A stretch of 64,000 nt of DNA from a bacterium (GTDB lineage Bacteria; Electryoneota; Electryoneia; Electryoneales; Electryoneaceae). Where the stretch lies: contig OY769902.1 in NCBI GenBank assembly GCA_963669175.1, positions 2,784,001 to 2,848,000 of the forward strand. Direction: 5' to 3'. Positions 1 through 8,182 of this stretch are shown here, piece after piece (positions within the stretch are counted from its first letter, which is position 1; every line of letters begins with the position of its first letter). The notes beneath the pieces are model-generated. The model worked only from the letters and a program-made list of their open reading frames with translations, was not told the DNA's origin and made no database searches. A program made the translations under genes and the position numbers.

Positions 1-67
1 GAGGAAACTGCCGTTGGCTAGTCCTCTCTGGTTGTTGTAAACACATCACTTAGACGTATTCTCTCCT

Positions 68-83
68 TGGCACATGGGTTGCA
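68..83 (+). promoter_or_regulatory. sigma54 (-24/-12) promoter of the flgB operon
   Basis: TGGCAC-ATGGG-TTGCA matches TGGCAC-N5-TTGCW (GG-N10-GC), 34 bp upstream of the flgB ATG. Confidence 0.85.
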
Positions 84-117
84 CTTTGCAGGGCGTTGAC
101 CATACAAAGGGCAGCGG

Positions 118-528
118 ATGTTACGGGAAATTCTCTACGGCCAGACCAAAGAACCAGTGTTGAAGCGTGCGCTTGACGCCTTCGCGGATCGTCAACGGGC
201 TATCGCGAACAACATCGCCAACGCGGAGTCGGAAGGCTACGTCCCGCGGGCGGTTGAGTTTGAGGAAAAGCTGAAGGAGACCATGGACCGTAACTCGAAA
301 GGCATTGCCGCCACCAGCGAACGTCACATGCCGCAGCATCGGAATCTTGGCGATGTGCAGCATGAGTTCTATTTCCGTCCCACCGGGGAGCTTTCTGCCG
401 GGAAGACGGATGTAGACATCGACAAGGAGATGACGGACCTGGCGACGAATATGCTGCACTACGAAGTGACAGCAAGGAAACTGGCCGACTATTTCTCCAA
501 GATGCGCATGGCTGCCAAGGGTCAGTAA
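118..528 (+). CDS. flgB: Flagellar basal-body rod protein FlgB
   Basis: RQRAIANNIANAESEGY rod motif, VDIDKEM C-terminal motif, upstream of flgC. Confidence 0.95.
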   Translation: MLREILYGQTKEPVLKRALDAFADRQRAIANNIANAESEGYVPRAVEFEEKLKETMDRNSKGIAATSERHMPQHRNLGDVQHEFYFRPTGELSAGKTDVDIDKEMTDLATNMLHYEVTARKLADYFSKMRMAAKGQ

Positions 529-543
529 GCAAGGAGTTGGATC

Positions 544-1047
544 ATGAATACTATACGTGGACTGTTTACCTCGATGGATATCAGCGCTTCCGGGCTGTCA
601 GCCCAACGGCGCAGGATGAACGCCATCGCGGAGAACATCGCCAATGTCAATACAACACGCACTGAAGAGGGCGGCCCCTACCGTCGCAAGATCAGCTTCT
701 TCAGCGAAGACCGGCAGGGGGTAGAGATCTACCGTGCCGAGCCGATACAGGGCAATGAGCTGGATGTTCAGTTCACTGACGGCAAGCACTTGTCAGGAGG
801 CGGACAGCAGACGGTAGATCAGCGTTTCTCCGGGGTGAATTACCACCAGACACGGGACAATACGGAACCGGAACTGGTGTACGATCCGCAGCACCCGGAC
901 GCGGACGACGAAGGCTATGTCGCCATGCCGAAGATTGATGTCGTGCAGGAGATGGTGGATATGATCGCGGCTTCACGCGCTTATGAGGCCAACGCCACCG
1001 CGATTGAATCGGCCAAGTCGATGGCCAAGAAGGCGATGACGATATAA
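544..1047 (+). CDS. flgC: Flagellar basal-body rod protein FlgC
   Basis: ISASGLSAQRRRMNAIAENIANVNTTRT, YDPQHPDA, EMVDMIAASRAYEAN. Confidence 0.97.
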   Translation: MNTIRGLFTSMDISASGLSAQRRRMNAIAENIANVNTTRTEEGGPYRRKISFFSEDRQGVEIYRAEPIQGNELDVQFTDGKHLSGGGQQTVDQRFSGVNYHQTRDNTEPELVYDPQHPDADDEGYVAMPKIDVVQEMVDMIAASRAYEANATAIESAKSMAKKAMTI

Positions 1048-1063
1048 TGAGGGTGGTATTTGC

Positions 1064-1219
1064 CTTTCATTCCCACGAAGGTGGGAATCCAGGCGAGTAT
1101 CGACATTATCAAATGCTGGTATTCAAAAAAAACCCCCTAATGAACAGTGCTTTTTAATAGTGTTGAATATCCACGGTTATGGCAACATGACTGGATCCCC
1201 ACCTTCGTGGGGATGAAAG
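1064..1219. repeat. REP/dRS3-like inverted repeat pair (REPIN-like element)
   Basis: 1064-1092 CTTTCATTCCCACGAAGGTGGGAATCCAG and 1191-1219 CTGGATCCCCACCTTCGTGGGGATGAAAG are reverse complements at 27/29 positions; each unit is itself a hairpin (ATTCCC-N8-GGGAAT type). Confidence 0.85.
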
Positions 1220-1327
1220 TGTAGCTGGTTTTTCTTTTAGTGCGTGGCCCGGGTGCTGGCACCCGGGAGTAGATCAAGGGAAAGTAGATCCGTTGTAGAA
1301 CAAAGCCATTTTTATTGAGGATAAAGC

Positions 1328-1669
1328 GTGAACATTGATCCCAGACTGGAACGGTTGCAGAGCCTGATCGAGGAGAAGCGGTTGAGTAACACCGCGCTGA
1401 GCCGTACCACGACCACAAAGCGATCATTCACAAGTTATCAGCAGGTTACGGATGGATCGAATGAGCACAGGCTGAGTTCGCTGGTCCCGATGAAATCATC
1501 CATGCAGACGTCAATGGTGCGTGGATCACAGCGAGCGCAATCTGTAGAAGATGCCAATGGGGGGTTGTCGAAAAGCGCTAAACTTTCTAACCTTACTATT
1601 GGTGAGACGATCAGCCGCCAGGGACCGTCACAGAGTCACCTGGGGCAGTATATCGATTTGTACGCGTAG
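1328..1669 (+). CDS. Hypothetical flagellar-associated protein (C-terminal LGQYIDLYA)
   Basis: GTG start with GAGG upstream, located between flgC and fliE, terminal GxxIDxx motif seen in motility-associated small proteins. Confidence 0.6.
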   Translation: MNIDPRLERLQSLIEEKRLSNTALSRTTTTKRSFTSYQQVTDGSNEHRLSSLVPMKSSMQTSMVRGSQRAQSVEDANGGLSKSAKLSNLTIGETISRQGPSQSHLGQYIDLYA

Positions 1670-1715
1670 GATCTTGCAGAACGGATAGTCGTTCTGAACG
1701 AAGGAGAGAGGGCAG

Positions 1716-2129
1716 ATGGCAATCAACATCACATCCGGTATTGGCGGGTTGCGTGGACGTTTCCCCCAGGAGATGCGAGTGCTGGACAACCTGGACCCGG
1801 AGCAGCTCAAGCAGAAGATGGGTGGCCAGGATTTGCAGCGTCTTGATCCCGATGGCAACAACCTGCCGGATCGTTCCTCGACCATCCGTCCCGGGGACTC
1901 GAAAGGTGTAGAGAGTTTCAAGGACAGCCTGTCGAACTTGGTCAGTGATGTGGACCAGATGCAGAAAACCGCGGAAGAGGCTACACATCGCATGCTTACC
2001 GGTGAGTTGGAAGATGTTCACCAGGTGATGATAGCGATGGAAGAAGCGCAGACCTCATTCCAGCTCATGATGGAAATCCGGAACAAGATTCTGGAAGCGT
2101 ACAAAGAAGTCATCAGGATGCAGGTATAG
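1716..2129 (+). CDS. fliE: Flagellar hook-basal body protein FliE (N-terminally extended)
   Basis: DVHQVMIAMEEAQTSFQLMMEIRNKILEAYKEVIRMQV. Confidence 0.96.
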   Translation: MAINITSGIGGLRGRFPQEMRVLDNLDPEQLKQKMGGQDLQRLDPDGNNLPDRSSTIRPGDSKGVESFKDSLSNLVSDVDQMQKTAEEATHRMLTGELEDVHQVMIAMEEAQTSFQLMMEIRNKILEAYKEVIRMQV

Positions 2130-2132
2130 CCC

Positions 2133-3740
2133 ATGAATCCGTTTTTGCAGATTCTCGAACACATCAAGTCGATCTGGAGTCGTCTCACCATGACCCAGCG
2201 GCTGGTCATCATCGGTGTGGTAACCGGTGCAGTGGTCATCATGGCCTCCGTGGTGCATTTCGCCGGACGTCCCGAGTATGTCACCCTGTTCAGCGGTTTG
2301 CCGGAAGAAGAGTCCGGCAAAGTAGTTGAATACCTTGAGGAACAAGGTGTCAACTATATTTTGGAGAATGGTGGTCATACGATTAAAGTCCAGCGTCAGG
2401 ACATGTACAAGTCCCGTATTCAGCTTGCCCAGGAAGGCATTCCCTCTGACGGTATTACCGGGTACGAAATCTTTGACCAGACCAACCTGGGGATGAGCGA
2501 ATTTGTACAGAAGCTCAACTTCCGCCGTGCGCTGGAAGGGGAGTTGGGGCGCACCATCGAGTCGTTGAGTGAAGTGGACAAGGCGCGGGTTCACATTGTG
2601 ATCCCGGAAGCAGCGTTGTTCCGTGAAGAACAGGAACCGACCACAGCGTCTGTTGCCTTACGTCTTCGCACCCATATCGACCAGAGCCAGGTGAACGGCA
2701 TCGCTCACCTGGTAGCGTCATCGGTACAGGGGTTGGATGTTGAGAACATCACGATTATCGATGGCAAGGGCAATGTCCTTTCCAATCTGCAAAGTCGTGA
2801 TGAAGTCATGGCCATGACCGCCAGCCAGCTTCAGTTGAAGCATACGGTTGAAGAGAATCTCGGCAAGAAAGTCGAGACCATGCTGGATGGCCTGCTGGGC
2901 AAGGATAAGGCGATTGTTCGAGTGGCGGTTGATCTGGATATGAGCCGCCAGGAGATCAACAGCGAATCCTTTGACCCGGACCGTGTGGCGATCCGTAGTG
3001 AAGAATCGGTTGAAGTACAGAGCAACACGACCGAACAGCGAACCTTTAATCCTGCCGACCCGAACCTTGCACCCCTGGGCGCGAATTCGAACTCCACCGA
3101 AAACAGCGTGATTACCAACTATGAAGTATCGCGTACCCAGAGCCATACGGTAAAGAACGGTGGCGGAATTCATCGTATCAGCGCTTCGGTGCTGGTTGAT
3201 GGTACGTATGCTGTGGTAACAGATGCTGATGGGAATTCGGTTGAGGAATATCGTCCACGCACCACCGAGGAAATGCAGCGCATTTCCCAGGCGGTTCGGA
3301 CAGCGTTGGGTATGGACGAAACTCGTGGCGATGAACTTTCTGTTGAAAATATCCAGTTCCAGATGGATGAACGTGAATTTGAAGAAGGCGGCATCCTGGA
3401 ATGGTTGAAAGAGAACTGGTATGATCTGGTACGTAACCTGGTGCTGGCGATTGCTGTGTTGGGGGCGTTGTTCTACGTGACCAACCTGTTGAAACGTTCC
3501 AGCAAGGCAGCGGCGGCGATGTACGAACGTCAGCTCGCAGCAATTCCTGAGACATCGGGACGGTTGGCTTTGCCGGAGGTGGAGGGTGTGCGTGCGCAAC
3601 GGCTAGCATTACCGGATATTGAAGATGATCTGCCGCCGGAAGTTGTGGAAGCCAACCAGCTCCAGCAGCAATTGGTAGACTTTGTGAATGAGAAGCCGGA
3701 TGTTGCAGCCCGGTTGATAAAAACCTGGCTGATCAACTAA
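2133..3740 (+). CDS. fliF: Flagellar MS-ring protein FliF
   Basis: GYEIFD, RRALEGELGRTI, ARVHIVIP, ASVAL motifs; two TM segments; ends ARLIKTWL. Confidence 0.97.
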   Translation: MNPFLQILEHIKSIWSRLTMTQRLVIIGVVTGAVVIMASVVHFAGRPEYVTLFSGLPEEESGKVVEYLEEQGVNYILENGGHTIKVQRQDMYKSRIQLAQEGIPSDGITGYEIFDQTNLGMSEFVQKLNFRRALEGELGRTIESLSEVDKARVHIVIPEAALFREEQEPTTASVALRLRTHIDQSQVNGIAHLVASSVQGLDVENITIIDGKGNVLSNLQSRDEVMAMTASQLQLKHTVEENLGKKVETMLDGLLGKDKAIVRVAVDLDMSRQEINSESFDPDRVAIRSEESVEVQSNTTEQRTFNPADPNLAPLGANSNSTENSVITNYEVSRTQSHTVKNGGGIHRISASVLVDGTYAVVTDADGNSVEEYRPRTTEEMQRISQAVRTALGMDETRGDELSVENIQFQMDEREFEEGGILEWLKENWYDLVRNLVLAIAVLGALFYVTNLLKRSSKAAAAMYERQLAAIPETSGRLALPEVEGVRAQRLALPDIEDDLPPEVVEANQLQQQLVDFVNEKPDVAARLIKTWLIN

Positions 3741-3751
3741 GGAGAGCGATC

Positions 3752-4798
3752 ATGGCGAACAATACACCGGCAAAAGGGAAAAAGCAGGAATCGGAAGAGC
3801 TTAGCATTGCGACCATATCCGGTTTGAAGAAAGCTTCCATATTTCTGGTGGCTGTGGGCGCGACGCCCGCTGCTGAAGTGTATAAACACCTGACCGAAGG
3901 TGAGGTGGAACGGCTGACCAACGAGATTGCACGCCTGGAGAATATTCCCAGCTCACTGTTGAATGATGTGAACCAGGAATTCTACCAGATGGTTCTCGCG
4001 CAGCAGTATATCGCTGTGGGTGGGTTGGCTTATGCGCAGGAAGTACTGGAAGAATCTCTGGGTGAAGGCAAAGCGCTGGAGATTATCAAGCGTGTCCAGC
4101 AGGCATTGCAGGTCAAGGGCTTCAACGTGTTGCAGGAAGTGGACACCAACCAGCTCCTGGCCTTCCTCCAGAAAGAACACCCGCAGACCATCGCACTGGT
4201 ACTGACCCAGTTGAACCCGACCCAGGCGGCCAATGTGCTGACCGAACTGAGTCCGGCGATGCAGGTGGATGTCATGTACCGACTGGCGCAGATGGAACGT
4301 GTCAGCCCGGAAACAATCCAGGCGGTGGAACGAGTGCTGGAAAGCCGTATCGACTTCTCCAGCGGCGCGTCCAAGCTGGGCGGTGTGCAACAGGCTGCGG
4401 ATATCCTGAACATGGTCGGGCAACGGTTCGAGAAGAACATTCTCTCCGGTATCGCGAAGGAAAATCCGGATCTGGCCAGCGAAATCAAGAACCTGATGTT
4501 CGTATTCGAGGATATCATCAACCTCGACGACCGTTCGATCCAGAAGATCCTGCGCGAGGTGGACAACAAGGAACTGGCGATGGCGCTGAAGGCTTCCAGC
4601 GAAGAGCTGAAGACGAAGATCCTTGGCAATATGTCCAGTCGCGCCGCCGAGATGATCGAGGAAGAACTCGATTACATGGGCCCGGTTCGTTTGCGGGAAG
4701 TGGAAGAAGTACAACAGCGTATTATCGACATCATCCGCCGCCTGGAAGAAGAAGGCCAGATTGTTATTGCGGCCGGTGGCGAAGAGCAGATGGTGTAA
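3752..4798 (+). CDS. fliG: Flagellar motor switch protein FliG
   Basis: EHPQTIALVL, MFVFEDI, MGPVRLREVEEVQ motifs. Confidence 0.98.
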   Translation: MANNTPAKGKKQESEELSIATISGLKKASIFLVAVGATPAAEVYKHLTEGEVERLTNEIARLENIPSSLLNDVNQEFYQMVLAQQYIAVGGLAYAQEVLEESLGEGKALEIIKRVQQALQVKGFNVLQEVDTNQLLAFLQKEHPQTIALVLTQLNPTQAANVLTELSPAMQVDVMYRLAQMERVSPETIQAVERVLESRIDFSSGASKLGGVQQAADILNMVGQRFEKNILSGIAKENPDLASEIKNLMFVFEDIINLDDRSIQKILREVDNKELAMALKASSEELKTKILGNMSSRAAEMIEEELDYMGPVRLREVEEVQQRIIDIIRRLEEEGQIVIAAGGEEQMV

Positions 4799-4871
4799 GG
4801 TTTTTTGTATGGCCCGACTGCTTGCTGTCGGGTTTCAGGTCGGATAAGAGTAGTGAACTTGAGGGACAGGG

Positions 4872-5726
4872 ATGCTGGAAGGCAGCAAACAGCAAGAGTT
4901 ACGTCGTTCACGAGCGCGGGTGATCTCCGGACCTTACCAAATCGTGGATGAGAATGGCGTAGCTCAGCATTCTTCAGAACAGATCGACAGTCTGCTTGAA
5001 GAAAAAAGCAAGAGCGGTCGGCTGGATGTATCCCTCAATCGTGAATCGTCGTCCGTGGCCTTAAATTATCACCATCACCGTTTCGGCAAGGGTAGGGTTG
5101 AGACTCTTGACGAGATCCGTACGCGACACAAGAATGAACTAGAATCTGCCTCAAAGGAAATGGAATCTCTGAAGCAGATGGCCGAGAAGCAGGTCGAAGA
5201 AGCGTATCAGAAAGGCTTGAAAGAAGGACACGCGAAAGGTCTTGAAGAAGGACGCCAGGAATATGCTGACAAGGCTCTGGACATGCAGCAGCGTGTTCAG
5301 GAATTGCTGGAAGCAACGGAAGCCGCAACGACAAGCTATTTCACTCAGATCGAGGATCGCCTGGTTGAATTCGCCATGAGCATTGCGCGTAAGGTGGTAG
5401 GGACAGCAGTTGAACAACATCGTGAAATTGCGGTCAAGCTGGCGAAAGACGCCATTGAGCAGGCTACCGAACGCAGTAAAATCCTCCTGATTGTCAATCC
5501 GGTTGACCTTGATATCCTGAAAGAGCACAAAGTTGAGCTGATGAGTGTTGCTACAGGGATTAAGAAGGTCGAGATCGAGACCAGCGAACGTGTGCATCCG
5601 GGCGGCGTGATCCTTGAGTCCGATGGCGGTTCAATTGATGCGACCATTCTGACCATGCTGGACGAAGCTTATAAGGCGGTGAAGCCCGGTTACGATGCCG
5701 GTGTGGCTGGGGAGGACAAGGTATGA
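4872..5726 (+). CDS. fliH: Flagellar assembly protein FliH
   Basis: AYQKGLKEGHAKGLEEG GxxxG repeats, VNPVDL and GGVILESDGGSIDA; lies between fliG and fliI; start codon uncertain. Confidence 0.92.
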   Translation: MLEGSKQQELRRSRARVISGPYQIVDENGVAQHSSEQIDSLLEEKSKSGRLDVSLNRESSSVALNYHHHRFGKGRVETLDEIRTRHKNELESASKEMESLKQMAEKQVEEAYQKGLKEGHAKGLEEGRQEYADKALDMQQRVQELLEATEAATTSYFTQIEDRLVEFAMSIARKVVGTAVEQHREIAVKLAKDAIEQATERSKILLIVNPVDLDILKEHKVELMSVATGIKKVEIETSERVHPGGVILESDGGSIDATILTMLDEAYKAVKPGYDAGVAGEDKV

Positions 5727-7060
5727 GTGTCCATCTTCCAGTCCCTGACGCAAAGGTAACGTTCAACCGTCATCTCGACCGGTTGGAAAAGCTGATCCCC
5801 ATGGTACCTCGTGGCAAGATCACCCGCGTTGTCGGATTGGTGCTGGAATCCAATGGCCCCGAGACTTCGGTCGGGGAAGTCTGTGAGATTCTTGACCGGA
5901 CCGGGCAGCGTGTCGGTTTGGCTGAAGTTGTCGGGTTTCGTGAAACGACAGTCCTGATGATGCCGTTGGGATCGATAGAAGGGATTCATCCGGGGAGTGT
6001 GGTTCGCAGCTTGCGTCGGCCCTTTGTTGTCGGTGTCGGGCAAGGTGTTCTAGGACGGGTTCTGGATGGACTGGGACGTCCGTTGGACGATAAAGGCGTA
6101 CTGGATATCGATTCGCATGTTCCGATTGTCGCGTCACCGCCGCATCCGTTGAAACGTGAGCGAATTTCAGAGCCACTGGAACTTGGCATCAGGGCGATTG
6201 ACGGCCTGTTGACCAGTGGTAAGGGACAGCGTTTTGGTGTCTTTGCCGGTTCTGGTGTGGGCAAGAGTGTTTTGATGGGGATGGTCTCACGCAACACCGA
6301 AGCCCAGGTGAATGTGATTGCGTTGGTCGGTGAACGTGGCCGTGAGGTCCGTGACTTTCTCGAGAAAGACCTTGGGGAAGAGGGACTGCGGCGGAGTGTG
6401 GTTGTTGCAGTAACATCCGATCAACCGGCGCTGATCCGTATCAAAGGAGCCATGCTGGCGACGGCTATTGCTGAGTGGTTCCGTGACCAGGGCAACGATG
6501 TGATGCTGATGATGGACTCGGTGACTCGTTTGGCAATGGCGCAACGTGAGATCGGGCTGGCAATCGGTGAACCACCAACAACTCGCGGCTATACGCCAAG
6601 CGTGTTTGCCATGCTGCCGCGACTTCTGGAACGAGCCGGACGCAGTGAAAAAGGTTCAATTACAGCGCTTTACACCGTATTGGTAGAAGGTGACGACATG
6701 AATGAGCCGGTCGCGGACGCGGTTCGTTCCATCTTGGATGGTCATATCGTGTTGTCACGAAAGCTGGCGGCGGAAGGCCATTATCCGGCTATTGATGTGC
6801 TGGGCAGTATCAGCCGTGTGATGGGGGATGTTGTTTCCGACGACCTGAAGAAAGCGGCAAAGACAGTCATTGCAGATATGGCGATTTATCGTGAGAACGA
6901 AGATCTGATCAATATCGGTGCGTATAAGGCCGGGTCAAATCCCAGGATTGACCGGGCTATTGCGAAACGTGACGCGATCGAGAACCTGCTGATCCAGGAT
7001 ATTGGAGATCCTGGTAACCTGCAGGAAGCCTGGCAGGAAGTGATTCAACTGGCGAAGTAA
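5723..7060 (+). CDS. fliI: Flagellar export ATPase FliI
   Basis: Walker A AGSGVGKS, GERGREV, MMDSVTR, GEPPTTRGY, DGHIVLSR. Confidence 0.98.
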   Translation: MSVHLPVPDAKVTFNRHLDRLEKLIPMVPRGKITRVVGLVLESNGPETSVGEVCEILDRTGQRVGLAEVVGFRETTVLMMPLGSIEGIHPGSVVRSLRRPFVVGVGQGVLGRVLDGLGRPLDDKGVLDIDSHVPIVASPPHPLKRERISEPLELGIRAIDGLLTSGKGQRFGVFAGSGVGKSVLMGMVSRNTEAQVNVIALVGERGREVRDFLEKDLGEEGLRRSVVVAVTSDQPALIRIKGAMLATAIAEWFRDQGNDVMLMMDSVTRLAMAQREIGLAIGEPPTTRGYTPSVFAMLPRLLERAGRSEKGSITALYTVLVEGDDMNEPVADAVRSILDGHIVLSRKLAAEGHYPAIDVLGSISRVMGDVVSDDLKKAAKTVIADMAIYRENEDLINIGAYKAGSNPRIDRAIAKRDAIENLLIQDIGDPGNLQEAWQEVIQLAK

Positions 7061-7069
7061 GGAAGGCTG

Positions 7070-7525
7070 ATGAAGAAGTTTACGTTCAGGCTGCAAAGAG
7101 TTTTAGACGCCAAGGAGAGTGAAGAGCGTCAATGCCAGCGTGAACTCGGCGAAGCACAACATGAATTGCGACGCCAGGAAGCTTTGATGCGTCACCTGCA
7201 GGATGAAATGGAGCGTCAATTTCAGAAGCAGCGCGAGATGAGTACACAGACGGTTCGTGTTGCAGATCTACGCATTCAGGATCAATGGAAGGGTAATCTC
7301 AAGCGCGTAATCAAGCACCAGGAAAAGGAAATTGAAAAGGCGGAAAAGGAAGTAGAAATCAAACGGGTAAAATTGCTTGAAGTTACCCGCGAGAAGAAGG
7401 TGCTTGAAAAGCTGAAAGAGAAGCGCCTGGAAGAATACAGGCAAGAGTTTCAAACTGAGCAGCAAAACACGTTAGATGATATCGGCGGAAAGATGGCGGC
7501 TCGCGCCGCCGGGAGCAACGGGTAA
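7070..7525 (+). CDS. fliJ: Flagellar export protein FliJ
   Basis: MKKFTFRLQRVLD N-terminus, coiled coil, EQQNTLDD; follows fliI. Confidence 0.95.
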   Translation: MKKFTFRLQRVLDAKESEERQCQRELGEAQHELRRQEALMRHLQDEMERQFQKQREMSTQTVRVADLRIQDQWKGNLKRVIKHQEKEIEKAEKEVEIKRVKLLEVTREKKVLEKLKEKRLEEYRQEFQTEQQNTLDDIGGKMAARAAGSNG

Positions 7526-7561
7526 ACAAACCCGCAGGCGAACACTGCCGGGGACAGGACT

Positions 7562-8182
7562 ATGAACGTAAAAGTCATTGCTATTCTGGTTGTCGCGTTT
7601 GTCCTCAGTTTTGTGGGCAACTACTTCATTTTGAAGTCGACGACCACGTGGACGGAAGAAGACATCATCGCCGAGTACGGTGAACCGGAACTTGAAGAAG
7701 CGCCGAAAGAACTGGAGCTGTTCAGCGATTTGTCCGGTGATGAGCCGCCCATGACGGAAGAAGAGCAGGTTTCCGTAATTGACTCGCTGCAGAAACAGAC
7801 AGAAGTCAAGATGGAAGCTGCGGTCGATTCCGTTGTGGAAGCACGAACCCGTCCGATGCAGGTCGCCATGGACAGTACGCGGCAGGAACTACAGAACGCG
7901 CGCGAGTTGGCTGGTGAACTTGGTGATTTGCTGGCATCGATCACGGCAGTACAGGACAGCATTGACCAGAGTCGGGCGACACGGCTTGCCAAGATGCTGG
8001 AAAGCATGAAGCCGGATGCCGCTGCAACCATCCTCAATGGCCTGAGTAGCCAGGTTGCCGCACAATTGCTGATGAATATGCGTCAACGCAATGCGGCGAA
8101 GATCTTGGCTGAATTACCACGGGATCGTGCGGCCGCGGTGGCTCGTCACCTGTCACGTGCGTACTGGGAGTCCACCATATGA
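7562..8182 (+). CDS. MotE/FlbB/YlxF-family protein (MgtE N-terminal-like domain)
   Basis: N-terminal TM, coiled coil, LAKMLESMKPDAAATIL...MRQRNAAKILAEL; typical position between fliJ and fliK. Confidence 0.85.
   Translation: MNVKVIAILVVAFVLSFVGNYFILKSTTTWTEEDIIAEYGEPELEEAPKELELFSDLSGDEPPMTEEEQVSVIDSLQKQTEVKMEAAVDSVVEARTRPMQVAMDSTRQELQNARELAGELGDLLASITAVQDSIDQSRATRLAKMLESMKPDAAATILNGLSSQVAAQLLMNMRQRNAAKILAELPRDRAAAVARHLSRAYWESTI

Noticed and set aside
4810-4826. TGGC...TTGC sigma54-like motif before fliH
   Set aside because: GG-to-GC spacing is 11 rather than the strict 10; more likely part of a CCCGAC/GTCGGG hairpin
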